Source: a bacterium
GTDB lineage: Bacteria; Patescibacteriota; Patescibacteriia; Veblenbacterales; UBA10138
Assembly (NCBI GenBank): GCA_020057885.1
Contig: JAGVEX010000009.1
Span: 36,704-100,703 of the forward strand
Length of the DNA stretch: 64,000 nt
Direction of reading: 5' to 3'
The notes under the pieces were generated by a model that saw only the letters and a list, made by a program, of their open reading frames with translations, was not told the DNA's origin and ran no database searches. Numbering within the stretch: position 1 is the first letter of the stretch; each line of letters starts with the position of its first letter. Position numbers and translations under genes: made by a program. Of this stretch, positions 40,088 to 52,033 are shown piece after piece.

Positions 40088-40924
40088 TTAAACTCTCTTA
40101 GGACGACGTGAAATAATAAAACGATTAGAAGCTTTAGTGCGTCTGCGTGTAGGTACGCCCAAAGCATGCTTACCCCAAGGTGTTTTAGGAAACTTTAAAC
40201 CAATTGGATTATGTCCCTCACCGCCACCATGTGGGTGATCAACGGGATTCATAGCTTTACCACGTACGCTCGGACGAAAACCAAGATGGCGTCTGCGCCC
40301 GGCTTTACCTAGACGCACATTACTGTGATCAATATTACCCACCTGACCTATTGTTGCTAAACAATTCTCTGATACGCTACGGATTTCGCCAGATGGTAAT
40401 TTCAAGCGAGCCATCCCCTCTTCAATTGACATTAAAGTAGCCCAAGCGCCTGCTGAACGTACCATAGCACCACCATGCCCAGGAGTTAATTCTATATTAT
40501 GAACCTGTAAACCTGCGGGGATAAATTTTAAAGGTAAATGGTTGCCCACTTTTATATCTACTAATTGACGTGAAGAAATTACTTCTTGACCAACTGTTAA
40601 GCCTTCAGAGGCTAAAATATAACGCTTTTCTCCGTCACTGTAAAAAAGTAAAGCCAAATTAGCCGTACGTCCAGGATCATATTCTAAAGCGGTTACGCGT
40701 GCTAATATATCAAATTTATCTCGTTTCCAATCAACCAAACGCAATAATCGTTTAGCTCCACCGCCACGATGACGCGTGGTAATTTTGCCTTGGAAATTAC
40801 GCCCGGCTTTAGAACGCTTACCAAAAACCAAACTCTTCTCTGGCTCTTTACGAGTGAGATTAGCGACTAATACGCCGGCATGCCGGCGACCAGGAGTTGT
40901 AGGACGGTAAAATTTAACTTGCAT
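40088..40924 (-). CDS. rplB: 50S ribosomal protein L2
   Basis: [20 protein letters not shown]. Confidence 0.97.
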   Translation of the reverse strand: MQVKFYRPTTPGRRHAGVLVANLTRKEPEKSLVFGKRSKAGRNFQGKITTRHRGGGAKRLLRLVDWKRDKFDILARVTALEYDPGRTANLALLFYSDGEKRYILASEGLTVGQEVISSRQLVDIKVGNHLPLKFIPAGLQVHNIELTPGHGGAMVRSAGAWATLMSIEEGMARLKLPSGEIRSVSENCLATIGQVGNIDHSNVRLGKAGRRRHLGFRPSVRGKAMNPVDHPHGGGEGHNPIGLKFPKTPWGKHALGVPTRRRTKASNRFIISRRPKRV

Positions 40925-40929
40925 AAAAA

Positions 40930-41295
40930 TTAAACTGCTTTAGTTGATTGTAAGGTTTGGCCCTTAGCCAAACGAACTATCATGTGGTGACGAATTTTGG
41001 TTGTGCCGTGAACGCGGCCACGTGTTACATTTTTGCGAGGCAAACGTACGCTATTTACTCCCACTACTCTTACTCCATAAGCTCGCTCGATGGCTTTTTT
41101 AACTTCAATTTTTGAAACTTTGGCATTAACTATAAAAGTATATTGCCCTAACCCATTCAACCGAGTACTCTTTTCGGACATTAGAGGAATAAGACCAACT
41201 GAGGTGGATTTAAAATCAACTACTCCAGCCTGACTTGGTTTATCAGTATTATTATTATTTATAATAGTAGCTTTTTTCCTGCTTAAAAATGACAT
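40930..41295 (-). CDS. rplW: 50S ribosomal protein L23 (N-terminal extension)
   Basis: P..SEKS, YTF.V...[10 protein letters not shown]. Confidence 0.93.
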   Translation of the reverse strand: MSFLSRKKATIINNNNTDKPSQAGVVDFKSTSVGLIPLMSEKSTRLNGLGQYTFIVNAKVSKIEVKKAIERAYGVRVVGVNSVRLPRKNVTRGRVHGTTKIRHHMIVRLAKGQTLQSTKAV

Positions 41296-41299
41296 AAGA

Positions 41300-41938
41300 T
41301 TAAACCACTAATTTTATTAATTGTGCTAACCCCGCTTCCGATACTAACCATTGTTGTACAGATAAACCGTCATAAGCATTGAGTTGTTTTACTCCCATAA
41401 TCTCCACCCCTGGTAAATTAGCCAAGCCTCGACGCAGATTTTTCTCTTTATCCATCAATAACACCAAAACCCGCTTGCCAGTTTTAATTTTAAGAGAACG
41501 GAAAAGGGTAGCAAAAACTTTTGTCTTATCAGCTTGGGGAAATTCATTTACTACTATCACTTTTCCAGATAACAGATAATCGGCCACTACCATAGACAAA
41601 GCCTTCTTTTTAAGTTGTTGCGGTGTGCGCTTAGTATAATTGCGTTCATTACGCGGGCCAAACGTCACTCCACCACCAATCCACAATGGTGAACGAATGG
41701 AACCGTGTCTAGCACGCCCAGTACCTTTTTGTTTCCATGGTTTTTTACCACCACCAGAAACTTCAGCGCGATTTTTAGTATGTGCCGTACCTGCTCTTTT
41801 ATTAGAAGCATAGCCAACAACCACTTGGTGTACCATTGCCGGTTTTACTTTAAGCAAGGCAACTTCTGCTGGCAATGCAAACTCACGCACTGGCTGGCCT
41901 GCGGAATCAACAATAGAAATGTTAACTGACTTCGACAT
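41300..41938 (-). CDS. rplD: 50S ribosomal protein L4
   Basis: KPWKQKGTGRARHGS. Confidence 0.97.
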   Translation of the reverse strand: MSKSVNISIVDSAGQPVREFALPAEVALLKVKPAMVHQVVVGYASNKRAGTAHTKNRAEVSGGGKKPWKQKGTGRARHGSIRSPLWIGGGVTFGPRNERNYTKRTPQQLKKKALSMVVADYLLSGKVIVVNEFPQADKTKVFATLFRSLKIKTGKRVLVLLMDKEKNLRRGLANLPGVEIMGVKQLNAYDGLSVQQWLVSEAGLAQLIKLVV

Positions 41939-41947
41939 AAAAATAAA

Positions 41948-42556
41948 TTAATTGGCGCTTATTAACAATAAACTATTCCGTCCACCTGGTACTGCGCCTT
42001 TTACTAAAAGTTCATTTTTTTCAATATCTACTGCCACCACCTTTAAATTAGGCACTGTTATTCTGTCTCCACCCATACGACCAGCCATGCGCATACCTTT
42101 ACGCACATGCTGAACTCCGCCTGCCCCAATTGAACCAGGCATACGCTCTTGATCCTTATGACCATGTGTGGATGGGTGGCCATGAAAACCATGTCGCCTA
42201 ACCACACCTTGGAATCCTTTGCCTTTTGATATACCTATCACCTTAACTAAATCACCTGGCGTAAATTGGCTTATATCTATAGTCTGACCAATTTTATATT
42301 CGCCACCATTAATATAAAATTCTCTCAAAAAGCGGGATTCTGCGCCACTGGTCTTAAGATGACCTAGCAATGGTTTTTTTAAGTTTCTCTTTTTTCCGGA
42401 AGATAATTGAACAGCCTCATAACCATCTTTATCCTTGGTTTTTACTTGCGTCACTACACATGGTCCAGCTTTTAATTTAGTAACAGAAACCACCACGCCA
42501 TCTTCACGGAAGATACGAGACATGCCGATTTTATTAGCTATTAAAAACTTAGACAT
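41948..42556 (-). CDS. rplC: 50S ribosomal protein L3
   Basis: KIGM, SKGKGFQG, KGAVPG. Confidence 0.97.
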   Translation of the reverse strand: MSKFLIANKIGMSRIFREDGVVVSVTKLKAGPCVVTQVKTKDKDGYEAVQLSSGKKRNLKKPLLGHLKTSGAESRFLREFYINGGEYKIGQTIDISQFTPGDLVKVIGISKGKGFQGVVRRHGFHGHPSTHGHKDQERMPGSIGAGGVQHVRKGMRMAGRMGGDRITVPNLKVVAVDIEKNELLVKGAVPGGRNSLLLISAN

Positions 42557-42801
42557 AAAAACTTAAAACAAAAACCGCTTAGCTTAAACCACACTAACCC
42601 TATTTGCTAAACGGTAAAACATAAATAGTCTCGGATTAAAGTGTAAGAGTTAGTTGAATTAATAATTCCTGTGGGCTTTAACTAAATCTGCCAAATCGGA
42701 CCCTGGGTAACTGCTGGTTTGCTCCGCTTCTCGCGGAACACCTTAACAGTGCTCGGGTAAGCCACAAATAATAAATGATTTAAATGAATGTTAATACGTT
42801 A

Positions 42802-43173
42802 CTACATTTTAATTTCCACGTCAACCCCTGCTGGTAAATTCAAATTGGTTAAGGCGTCAATCGTTTTGGGGGTTGGCTCTAAGATATCAAGCAGTCTTTT
42901 ATGCACTCTCATTTCATACTGTTCACGGGCGTTCTTATCAATAAAGGAGGAGCTGTTAACTATATAACGCGTCTTTTCGGTGGGCAATGGTATAGGTCCT
43001 ACCACTTTAGCGCCAGTGCGCAAAACCGTGTCCAAGATAGTACGCACCGCCTGATCAATAATTTTATGATCATAGGCGCGAATGCGAATCCTCAGCCGCG
43101 AGCGTGATTCCTCTTCAGCCGCGACCTTCGTTTCGTTCTTAACTTTAAGATTATCAGTCTTTAATGCCGTCAT
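42802..43173 (-). CDS. rpsJ: 30S ribosomal protein S10
   Basis: [25 protein letters not shown]. Confidence 0.96.
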   Translation of the reverse strand: MTALKTDNLKVKNETKVAAEEESRSRLRIRIRAYDHKIIDQAVRTILDTVLRTGAKVVGPIPLPTEKTRYIVNSSSFIDKNAREQYEMRVHKRLLDILEPTPKTIDALTNLNLPAGVDVEIKM

Positions 43174-43242
43174 GGAACAGTTTATAAGTTGGTGAAAGAA
43201 CTACTTTTTGCCCTCCTATAAAGAACAATTTATATAATAAGA

Positions 43243-44445
43243 TTACTTAATGATCTTAGTTACTACGCCTGCGCCGACCGTACGACCACCTTCACGTATA
43301 GCAAAACGTAATTTTTCTTCCAAAGCAACTGGGGCAATTAACTTAACTGTAATGTTTACTTTATCACCAGGCATAACCATTTCTGCGCCAGCTGGCAAGC
43401 CAACTTCACCAGTTACATCGGTAGTACGAATATAGAATTGCGGTTTATAACCTTTAAGGAATGGGGTGTGGCGACCTCCTTCATCTTTAGTAAGGACGTA
43501 ACAGGAAGCCTCAAATTCTGTGTGTGGAGTTACTGAACCTGGTTTAGCTATTACCTGACCACGCTCAACATCTTCTTTTTTCAAACCACGCATTAAAAGA
43601 CCAGCATTATCACCAGCGCGACCTTCGTCAAGTTGCTTATTAAACATTTCAATACCAGTAATAACTGTTTTTTGGGTGTCGCGTAAACCAATTACTTCCA
43701 CTTCATCATTAAGTTTTACAATACCGCGCTCAATACGTCCTGTAACCACTGTGCCACGGCCTTCGATTGAGAAAATATCTTCAATTGGCATTAAGAAAGG
43801 CTTTTCGATATCACGAACTGGTTCGGGAATATATTCATCTAAAGCTTTTATTAATTCCATTATAGGTTGAAGTGCTGGATCATCTTTTTTACCGGCTTGA
43901 GCCGCCTCTAAAGCTTTAAGAGCACTACCACGAATAATCGGTGTTTTGTCTCCTGGGAATTCATATTTCTTCAAAAGATCCCTAACTTCCTCTTCTACCA
44001 AGTCAACCAAATCCTTGTCATCAACCATATCAACTTTGTTTAAGAAAACCACAATATAAGGCACGCCTACCTGCCTCGCCAATAGAATATGTTCGCGAGT
44101 TTGGGGCATTGGACCATCAGCCGCAGAAACAACCAAAATAGCGCCATCCATTTGAGCGGCACCGGTAATCATGTTTTTAATATAATCAGCGTGGCCTGGG
44201 CAGTCTACGTGGGCATAGTGGCGCTTATCAGACTCATACTCAACGTGTGCGGTATTAATGGTAATACCACGAGCTTTTTCCTCAGGTGCATTGTCAATAT
44301 TATCAACTCCTTTATCTTGAGCATTGTGTCCAGAAGCTCTCAAGGCCTGCAAAATTGCGGCTGTCAGAGTGGTCTTGCCGTGGTCAACGTGGCCAATAGT
44401 ACCAACGTTAATGTGCGGCTTGGAACGGTCAAATTTTTCTGCCAT
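43243..44445 (-). CDS. tuf: Elongation factor Tu
   Basis: [21 protein letters not shown]. Confidence 0.98.
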   Translation of the reverse strand: MAEKFDRSKPHINVGTIGHVDHGKTTLTAAILQALRASGHNAQDKGVDNIDNAPEEKARGITINTAHVEYESDKRHYAHVDCPGHADYIKNMITGAAQMDGAILVVSAADGPMPQTREHILLARQVGVPYIVVFLNKVDMVDDKDLVDLVEEEVRDLLKKYEFPGDKTPIIRGSALKALEAAQAGKKDDPALQPIMELIKALDEYIPEPVRDIEKPFLMPIEDIFSIEGRGTVVTGRIERGIVKLNDEVEVIGLRDTQKTVITGIEMFNKQLDEGRAGDNAGLLMRGLKKEDVERGQVIAKPGSVTPHTEFEASCYVLTKDEGGRHTPFLKGYKPQFYIRTTDVTGEVGLPAGAEMVMPGDKVNITVKLIAPVALEEKLRFAIREGGRTVGAGVVTKIIK

Positions 44446-44600
44446 TGTTGTATTCTCCTATTTACGACTAGTGATGTTTTGGGGCTTTAAAAGTAATGCC
44501 CAAACGTCAACTTAGCCAAAATTAGTATTAAAAGTTTAAAGTATGCTCGTTCACTTTAGCATGGTTTATTTGGTTTGGCAAGGGCTCCCCTACCGAAGCC

Positions 44601-44900
44601 TTAAATGGGTTCAGGAAAATACTGATCATCATCCATTAAGGCGCCTTGGGGCGGATCAATAGCTTCCAATCCGTCCTGGTTCGTTGGCTGACTGTTTTTA
44701 AAAACTTGTGCTTGTTTTGGTTGGTTTTTAATATCTTTATTAGGTATTTTGGCAACTAAACTATCAGATTTACGCGATTGCTCATATTCAGTCAATGGTA
44801 CCAATACCATTGGTTCACCCTCCGGCATAACCAAAACAACTTTTTCTCCGCGGCGGGAAAAAATCCGGTTAAGTTGTTCCAGATCAAGATTCACTTTCAT
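44601..44900 (-). CDS. Hypothetical protein with Phd/YefM-like N-terminus
   Basis: GEKVVLV..GEPMVLVPLTEYE pattern; acidic tail. Confidence 0.6.
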   Translation of the reverse strand: MKVNLDLEQLNRIFSRRGEKVVLVMPEGEPMVLVPLTEYEQSRKSDSLVAKIPNKDIKNQPKQAQVFKNSQPTNQDGLEAIDPPQGALMDDDQYFPEPI

Positions 44901-44902
44901 AA

Positions 44903-46981
44903 TTATTTTTTACCTTGGCCAATAATTTCTTCGGCCACGTGGCGAGGCACTTCGGTATAATGATCAAATTCCATATTGTAACTACCACGGCCTTGGGTCA
45001 TAGAACGCAAATTAGTAGCGTAGCCAAACATTTCTGCTAAGGGCACTTCGGCGTCAATTATTTTAACACCACCGCGATCGCGCATTTCTAAAATGTGTCC
45101 ACGCTTGGAATTCAAATCGCCAATCACGTCACCCATATTATTTTCCGGAGTAATAACTTCTACTTTCATAATCGGTTCCAAAATTACCGGACCAGCCAGC
45201 TTAAAAGCGGCTTGGAAAGCTATGGAACCAGCAATTTTAAAAGCTGCTTCAGATGAGTCTACATCATGATAAGAGCCGTCGTAAACAGCCACTTTAACAT
45301 CCACAATTGGATAGCCTGCGAGCACACCATTTTCCAAAGCCTCTTTGATGCCTTTGTGAATAGGCTGAATAAACTCGCGTGGAATAACACCACCCTTAAT
45401 TTCATCAACAAATTCAAAACCCTTGCCTTTTTCAGTTTGCGGCTCCACGCGTAACCAGCAATGACCATATTGACCATGACCGCCAGTCTGACGAATGTAT
45501 TTTCCTTCAGCTTGCGCCGTGCGAGTAACTGTTTCTTTATAAGCCACTTGCGGTTTACCAACGTTGGCTTCTACTTTAAATTCGCGCTTCATGCGATCCA
45601 CAATAATATCAAGATGTAACTCACCCATACCCCAAATAATAAGTTGGCCTGTTTCCTCATTGGAACGAATACGGAAAGTTGGGTCTTCTTCAGCCAGTTT
45701 TTGCAAAGCAAATCCCATTTTCTCTTGATCAACTTTAGTTTTGGGTTCAATGGCAAGTGAAATAACTGGCTCCGGAAAGACAATTGATTCCAATAGTACT
45801 GGGTTATTAATATCGCACAAGGTATTACCGGTTGTGGTAACTTTTAAACCCACGGCCGCAGCAATATCACCAGCATAAACTTCATCCACATCTTCGCGTG
45901 AATTAGCGTGCAAACGCACAATACGGCTAATACGTTCTTTTTCTCCGTTAGATGAATTCAAAACATAAGAACCAGCTTTAAGTGTGCCTGAATAAACTCT
46001 GAAGAAGGCTAATTTACCAACAAAAGGATCGGTGGCAATCTTAAAAGCCAGCGCCGTAAACGGTTCGCTATCCGCCGGTTTTCGCTCAACTGTAGCGCCG
46101 GTTTTGGGATCAGTAGCTTTAGTTGGTGGAACTTCCAAAGGTGACGGCAAATAATCTGCCACGCCATCTAACAAATACTGAACTCCTTTATTTTTTAAAG
46201 CCGAACCACAAAAAATTGGTACAATTTTATTGGCGATACAAGCCTTACGCAACACGCGTTTTAAATCTGCTATTGGAATTTCTTTACCATCTAAATACAA
46301 CTGCATTAATGCATCATCTTGCTCGGCAATTGCCTCAACTAAACTATGGCGGTACTCCTCTACTTTATCTTTCATGTCAGCCGGCACATCGGTTTCTTCC
46401 CATTCTTTGCCCAACTCATCTTTATAAATAACTGCCTGACGGCTAAAAAGATCAATAATTCCCGTAAATGTTTCGGCGGCGCCGATTGGTAATTGCACTG
46501 GATGAGCATTTTTAGTAAGCCGCTCGTGAATAGAGGCTATGTCCGCATAAAAATCAGCCCCCATACGATCCATTTTGTTAATAAAACAAATACGCGGCGT
46601 ACCATAATCATCCGCATAATGCCAGTTGGTTTCCGATTGCGGCTCCACGCCAGCCACACCGTCAAATACCACCACGCCACCGTCTAACACGCGTAAACTA
46701 CGCTTTACCTCAACTGTAAAATCAATATGGCCTGGCGTATCAATTAAGTTGATGCGAATATCTTTCCAAAAACATGTGGTAGCCGCCGCAGTAATTGTAA
46801 TACCGCGTTCTTTTTCTTGTTCCATCCAATCCATGGTAGCCTCGCCCTCATGCACCTCGCCAATTTTGTGTTTTTTTCCAGTATAAAATAAAACGCGCTC
46901 TGAAACTGTGGTTTTTCCAGCGTCGATGTGAGCGATTATCCCTATATTGCGTGTCTTTTCCAAACTATACTCGCGTGGCAT
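44903..46981 (-). CDS. fusA: Elongation factor G
   Basis: [21 protein letters not shown]. Confidence 0.98.
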   Translation of the reverse strand: MPREYSLEKTRNIGIIAHIDAGKTTVSERVLFYTGKKHKIGEVHEGEATMDWMEQEKERGITITAAATTCFWKDIRINLIDTPGHIDFTVEVKRSLRVLDGGVVVFDGVAGVEPQSETNWHYADDYGTPRICFINKMDRMGADFYADIASIHERLTKNAHPVQLPIGAAETFTGIIDLFSRQAVIYKDELGKEWEETDVPADMKDKVEEYRHSLVEAIAEQDDALMQLYLDGKEIPIADLKRVLRKACIANKIVPIFCGSALKNKGVQYLLDGVADYLPSPLEVPPTKATDPKTGATVERKPADSEPFTALAFKIATDPFVGKLAFFRVYSGTLKAGSYVLNSSNGEKERISRIVRLHANSREDVDEVYAGDIAAAVGLKVTTTGNTLCDINNPVLLESIVFPEPVISLAIEPKTKVDQEKMGFALQKLAEEDPTFRIRSNEETGQLIIWGMGELHLDIIVDRMKREFKVEANVGKPQVAYKETVTRTAQAEGKYIRQTGGHGQYGHCWLRVEPQTEKGKGFEFVDEIKGGVIPREFIQPIHKGIKEALENGVLAGYPIVDVKVAVYDGSYHDVDSSEAAFKIAGSIAFQAAFKLAGPVILEPIMKVEVITPENNMGDVIGDLNSKRGHILEMRDRGGVKIIDAEVPLAEMFGYATNLRSMTQGRGSYNMEFDHYTEVPRHVAEEIIGQGKK

Positions 46982-47011
46982 AAACTGAGCTTGCTATTAT
47001 AATACCTACTT

Positions 47012-47079
47012 GCCCCGTACCGAATCGCAGATTCTGGTGCGGGGTGTTACGAGTTCTTTCTAGAGAATATTCGCGGGGC
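47012..47079. repeat. REP-like palindromic element between rpsG and fusA
   Basis: gccccgtaccgaatc..gattctggtgcgggg and closing gcggggc; resembles the 58096-58131 insert. Confidence 0.55.
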
Positions 47080-47118
47080 ACGGTTGAAAAATTAAAATTA
47101 AAAATTAATTTTAAATAT

Positions 47119-47586
47119 TTAAGCAAAATGTGCGAAGGCCCGGTTGGCTTCGGCCATACGATGGACGTCTAACTTTTTCTTAATAGCTTCGCCCTCATTT
47201 TTAGAAGCCAAAATAAGCTCATCTGCTAATTTTTCTGCCATCGGTCGGCCCTTTTTAGCTCTGGCCGCTCCAATAATCCAGCGTATTGCGAGCATCTGCT
47301 TGCGTTCTCCACGTACTTCCACTGGAACCTGATAATTAGCACCTCCTACCCGCCTACCGCGTACTTCTACTTGAGGTGTTACATTCTTTAATGCTAAATC
47401 AAACACGTCGCGCGGGTCTTGCTTGGTTTTTTGAGCCATCAAATCAAAAGCGCCATAAACAACCTTACGTGCCACGGTTTTCTTGCCGCGCTCCATAATA
47501 TTATTAATAAATTTAGCCACCACCGCGCTTTGATAACGCGGATCGGGTAAAATTATATGTTTGGGGGTTTGTTTTTTACCACGCAT
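47119..47586 (-). CDS. rpsG: 30S ribosomal protein S7
   Basis: [23 protein letters not shown]. Confidence 0.97.
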   Translation of the reverse strand: MRGKKQTPKHIILPDPRYQSAVVAKFINNIMERGKKTVARKVVYGAFDLMAQKTKQDPRDVFDLALKNVTPQVEVRGRRVGGANYQVPVEVRGERKQMLAIRWIIGAARAKKGRPMAEKLADELILASKNEGEAIKKKLDVHRMAEANRAFAHFA

Positions 47587-47734
47587 ACCCAGTAGAGCAA
47601 CCTTGACACGACACGCTTACGCGAGCCGTGAGGCAGAATTAATGATAAGGTTTAAAGTCTCTAGTCGAGTCATAAAATATAATTGATTAAAGATTGAAGC
47701 GAGCGTAGTCAAGGTTGTCATACTGGGCATAAAA

Positions 47735-48151
47735 TTAACTTGGTTTCTTAACACCGTAAAGTGAACGGCCTTGCTTACGATTTTCCATACCAGCTGTATC
47801 ATAAACGCCGCGTACAATATGATAACGCACACCAGGCAAATCTTTCACCCTACCGCCGCGAATAAGTACAATGGAGTGTTCTTGTAAATTATGGCCAATG
47901 CCAGGAATATAAGCCGTTACTTCCATGCCATTAGAAAGCCTCACACGGGCAATTTTACGAAGAGCTGAGTTCGGTTTTTTAGGAGTAGTGGTAGTAACCT
48001 TAACGCACACGCCACGCTTAAAAGGGCTTCCTTTCGGAAGATCGGTGCGCTTGCGCTTAAGTGCGTTAAATACTGGCTCCAAAGCCGGTGTTTTTGACTT
48101 ACGCTTTAAGCTGCTGCGGGAATGTCGCACTAGCTGATTAATAGTCGGCAT
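47735..48151 (-). CDS. rpsL: 30S ribosomal protein S12
   Basis: [21 protein letters not shown]. Confidence 0.98.
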   Translation of the reverse strand: MPTINQLVRHSRSSLKRKSKTPALEPVFNALKRKRTDLPKGSPFKRGVCVKVTTTTPKKPNSALRKIARVRLSNGMEVTAYIPGIGHNLQEHSIVLIRGGRVKDLPGVRYHIVRGVYDTAGMENRKQGRSLYGVKKPS

Positions 48152-48274
48152 ACTTATTAGTTATTTTGCCATTTTAGAGTAAAAAAATAAAAGGTTTGGT
48201 ATAAACCATTTCCTCACGGGAGCATAACAGAACTTAAGATAGCCGTCAAGTCCTAAGGGCTTTAAGTAAAAGCA

Positions 48275-48880
48275 TCAAACAGTCTGACCGGCTAATAAAT
48301 TTGTAAGAAAACGTACTAATGGCGAAAGCAACCAATCAAATAAATAAAACATAAAAAACAGCAAAATAAAAAAACCATACTTTTCTAGCCACAATTTAAA
48401 CTTGTAATAACGATCTGGTAACAAGGCATAAAGCACTTTGGAACCATCCAGTGGCGCAATGGGCACTAAATTAAATACCGCCAACAAAATATTGGCGTAA
48501 ACTATAATTGTCAAAAGCAAACTAAAATTACTAAGCGGTAAAAAGCGAACCAATAATCCAAAAACCAAAGCGACTATTAAATTAGCCGCCGGTCCGGCTG
48601 CGCCTACTATAGCCGAGCCCCATCTTTGCCAGCGCAAAGCTAAGGGATTAAAAGGAACAGGTTTGGCATAAGCAAACAAAAAATGAGCTTGTGTTACTAA
48701 TAAAAGAATTGGTAAAAGTATTGATCCTATAGGATCAATATGCGGCAGAGGATTTATAGTAAGCCTACCAGCAAGTCGCGGTGTAGGATCACCTAATCTA
48801 TCCGCCATCCAGCCGTGCGCGTATTCATGTAACACAGCTGAGAAAATTATTACTAAAAAGAAAAATATTGTAAATTCCAT
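48275..48880 (-). CDS. Site-2 (M50) intramembrane protease
   Basis: HEYAH and FNLVPIAPLDG. Confidence 0.93.
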   Translation of the reverse strand: MEFTIFFFLVIIFSAVLHEYAHGWMADRLGDPTPRLAGRLTINPLPHIDPIGSILLPILLLVTQAHFLFAYAKPVPFNPLALRWQRWGSAIVGAAGPAANLIVALVFGLLVRFLPLSNFSLLLTIIVYANILLAVFNLVPIAPLDGSKVLYALLPDRYYKFKLWLEKYGFFILLFFMFYLFDWLLSPLVRFLTNLLAGQTV

Positions 48881-49019
48881 ATTATGAGTCTAATAATTTA
48901 TTATGAGTTAGCTCACTTAACTTGACAGATGTTAACTATATGTTAAGCTGATGTAGTTCTACATACAATAATACTACGTATTTTAGAATTTAGGAATTAA
49001 TTTAAAACTTTAAACTTTT

Positions 49020-49196
49020 ATGGCTCGAACTTGCCCTACCTGCAATCGCGGATATAACAAATCCGCTTCACGCAGTCACTCCAATATTAAAACCATTAAA
49101 CGTCAGCACTTAAACTTGCAATACAAGGTGGTTGGCGGTAAGCGTGTTAGAATTTGTACCCGCTGTATCAAAACTTTAGCCAAGCCTGTTAAATAG
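49020..49196 (+). CDS. rpmB: 50S ribosomal protein L28 (not in ORF track)
   Basis: MARTCPTC...SHSNIKTIKRQHLNLQ...ICTRCIKT. Confidence 0.93.
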   Translation: MARTCPTCNRGYNKSASRSHSNIKTIKRQHLNLQYKVVGGKRVRICTRCIKTLAKPVK

Positions 49197-49221
49197 ACAA
49201 TTGTCATTTTTTAAAGCAATC

Positions 49222-49248
49222 AAAAACCCTGTTTCAAACAGGGTTTTT
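49222..49248. terminator. Bidirectional terminator
   Basis: aaaaaccctgttt-c-aaacagggttttt. Confidence 0.75.
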
Positions 49249-49300
49249 AGTTAATATTTTTAATATATAGAACGGTTGATAATCTATAGCCTACTGATAT

Positions 49301-50560
49301 TCATGCCGCACGTACTGCGCCATGACTTCGCACTAGCCACTTATATGTGGTAAGTTCTTGCAACGCCATTGGGCCACGAGCATGAAGCTTTTGAGTGCTT
49401 ATACCAATTTCTCCACCGAGGCCAAATTCATATCCATCAGTAAACGCGATAGAGGTGTTAATGTAGACTACTGCCGCGTCGATTACCTGCTGAAATTGCT
49501 TTGCAATTTTTGAGTTCGATGTAATAATACTTTCAGAATGCTTGGAAGTATAACGCTGGATATGGTTAACTCCCTCATGCCAATTTTTAACAACTTTCAC
49601 ACTCATAGTAAGGCTAAGAAATTCCTTGCCATAGTGTGATGGTTGAGCATGATGAAGTAAGACGCGAGGATAAACGCTATGTAATATACTATAGCTGGTG
49701 CGATCTGCATAAATTTTTACACCAGCTTGGGCTAATTTTGGTCCCAATATCTTAAAAAGTTTACTAGCAACAATGCGATCAACAACCAGTGTATCCAATG
49801 CGTTGCAAACGCTCACACGCCTCGTTTTAGCATTAAATACCGTTTGCACTGCCCAATTAAGATTTGCTGAACGTTCCACATAAATATGACACACGCCAGC
49901 ACCTGTTTCAATTAATGGAACTGTTGAATTACGTCTGGCATATTCAATTAATCTGCTACTTCCTCGTGGAATAATGACATCCAAATATTGATTCGCTTGT
50001 AAAAGACGATCAACGGAAGAACTATTAAAAGAATCAAGAAGAACCACGGCTTGGGGATTTATACCATTCATAAGCAACACTCTATGAATCAAACCTACGA
50101 GTACTTTATTGGTCTCATAAGCGTCGCGCCCCCCTTTGAGCACGAGTGCATTACCAGATTTTATTGCTAGACTAAATACTTCAATTGTAACATTTGGTCG
50201 TGCTTCGTAAATAATTCCAACAACGCCAAATGGAACGGTGCAACGTTCAATAGTAAGCCCGTTCTTTAAAACTCGATGATCGATCCTATGACCAACTGGA
50301 TCGGGGAGGTGCTCAACTGCCTTAAGACTCTCGGCTATTCCCTTAATACGTTCAGATGTTAATCGCAACCTATCTGCATGAGGATATGAAACTGTTAGGC
50401 GCAAAAAATCACGAGCATTAGCTGCTAAAATTTTTCTTGTTGAGGCAATGAGTAATAAACGGAGATCGCGAAGTACCGCGTTCTTCGTTTTAGTCTTTAG
50501 TAATTGAATATCACTAGAGGCTTGTTTGACCTTTTTAAGGGTTGAATCAAAATTTTTCAT
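49301..50560 (-). CDS. proA: Glutamate-5-semialdehyde dehydrogenase
   Basis: GIIYEARPNVT, IPRGS, VCNALDTL, EIGISTQKLHARGPM. Confidence 0.95.
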   Translation of the reverse strand: MKNFDSTLKKVKQASSDIQLLKTKTKNAVLRDLRLLLIASTRKILAANARDFLRLTVSYPHADRLRLTSERIKGIAESLKAVEHLPDPVGHRIDHRVLKNGLTIERCTVPFGVVGIIYEARPNVTIEVFSLAIKSGNALVLKGGRDAYETNKVLVGLIHRVLLMNGINPQAVVLLDSFNSSSVDRLLQANQYLDVIIPRGSSRLIEYARRNSTVPLIETGAGVCHIYVERSANLNWAVQTVFNAKTRRVSVCNALDTLVVDRIVASKLFKILGPKLAQAGVKIYADRTSYSILHSVYPRVLLHHAQPSHYGKEFLSLTMSVKVVKNWHEGVNHIQRYTSKHSESIITSNSKIAKQFQQVIDAAVVYINTSIAFTDGYEFGLGGEIGISTQKLHARGPMALQELTTYKWLVRSHGAVRAA

Positions 50561-50694
50561 AGATGAATGTTCAATTATTATCCCACATATACAAATAAAG
50601 AATACACTATATCAAAATAAAAAGTAAGGCCAAATCGACGTAATTAAATACAAATCGATTTGGCCTTAATAGTATCCACTGATAGTGGTTTGTG

Positions 50695-52023
50695 TTAAAT
50701 AACCAAATGCTCTTTTTTATCCAGATTAATTGGACGATTGGGAGCAAATGTACGCAAGGACAGTGTATGTTGTTCGAACGGCACTGGAAGAGACACCGCA
50801 GCTTCTGTATCTACTCCGCGAATAATCTCTCGCACTAACAGCGCCGTAATTGGCGCATGCATAAGGCCATGTCCAGAAAAACCCGCAGCATGCACTAAGT
50901 TTGCAACCCTATCATCAAAACCAATCATGGGATTGTGATCTGGTGTTGTTTCATAGTACCCACATGTGATAGACGTTACAGCGCCACACTCTGCCAGCAC
51001 TGGAGAAAAATCAGCGACTTGGCTCATGAGTGCAACTGCACGATCTCCCATCGGAATATCGGCAAACATGGGTTCTACCAAATCTTGATCTGCATCGACG
51101 AAATTTGGCTCTGGTGGAGTTTCATGTGCCCATCCTAACATCAGACTACTACTTTCCGGACGAGAGTATACACCACGACCAGCGCCCATTCCATAAATGG
51201 TCATAGGCAGCTCATTCCACTTATTGGGCGCCACGACTTCATGATTACGGGTTGATAGAAACCACAGATACCGCTTAAGTGGCGAAATCCGTAAATCCAT
51301 ACCGCCCAGTGAACGACTCACGCGTGGTGACCAAGCACCGGCAGCATTTACTACCCAATCGCACTCAATTTCACCATGTGTAGTATTAAGAGCCACAATG
51401 TGATCATCAGAAATATGCGCGCCGATCACTTCAGTATTCTGGTGGAGAATAGCGCCAAGTTCCTGTGCCCGCCGAAAACCGAGTTAATAAATTTGATCGT
51501 GATTGAGAAATCCATCACTAGGACAATAGGTCGCGCCAATAAGACGACTACTGTCTATATGCGGCCAACGAACATGCACCTCAGATGGTGTCAAAACTTC
51601 AACCGGTAGTTTGATATCACGGTGCATCGCCGCTTGTGATTGGGCATGTATCCATGCCAATTCCACTTCCTTATGTTTTGATTGATCACCCTCATAGAAA
51701 ATCGGATCCTCATACAGAAAAAGGTATCCGTTATGCCGAATCATCCAGCATTGCTGATCTGATGGCGTGTGCATCAACTCATGAAAATGCTCATAGAAGT
51801 GCCCACTGAATGCCATACCGAGTGCTGTTTCCCGCACCCCAAACTGAGCACGGATGCACGCGGCTGAACGACTGGAAGACCCATTACCAATTGCTTTTTT
51901 CTCCAAGGCAATCACTTGGAATCCCGCTTCCGCGAGAAGAACAGAGCACAAAGCTCCAGTTGCGCCGCCACCAATAATGGCAACGCGGTCACCACTTTGT
52001 GGTGAATTCGATTGGTTTTTCAT
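50695..52023 (-). pseudogene. FAD-dependent oxidoreductase (DAO / sarcosine oxidase beta / proline dehydrogenase beta family), interrupted by in-frame TAA at 51484-51486
   Basis: IIGGGATG, GSSSRSAACIR, VVNAAGAWS, TPDHNPMIG, GFSGHG; both ORFs share one frame: NHDQIY*LGFRRAQELG. Confidence 0.85.
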
Positions 52024-52033
52024 GTTTCACCTT

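Noticed and set aside
31761-48137. Many short opposite-strand or overlapping ORFs in the ribosomal cluster
   Set aside because: Shadow frames of conserved genes with no independent signals.
51484-51486. Alternative genetic code as the explanation for the internal stop
   Set aside because: TAA terminates many conserved genes here, and no other gene needs recoding.
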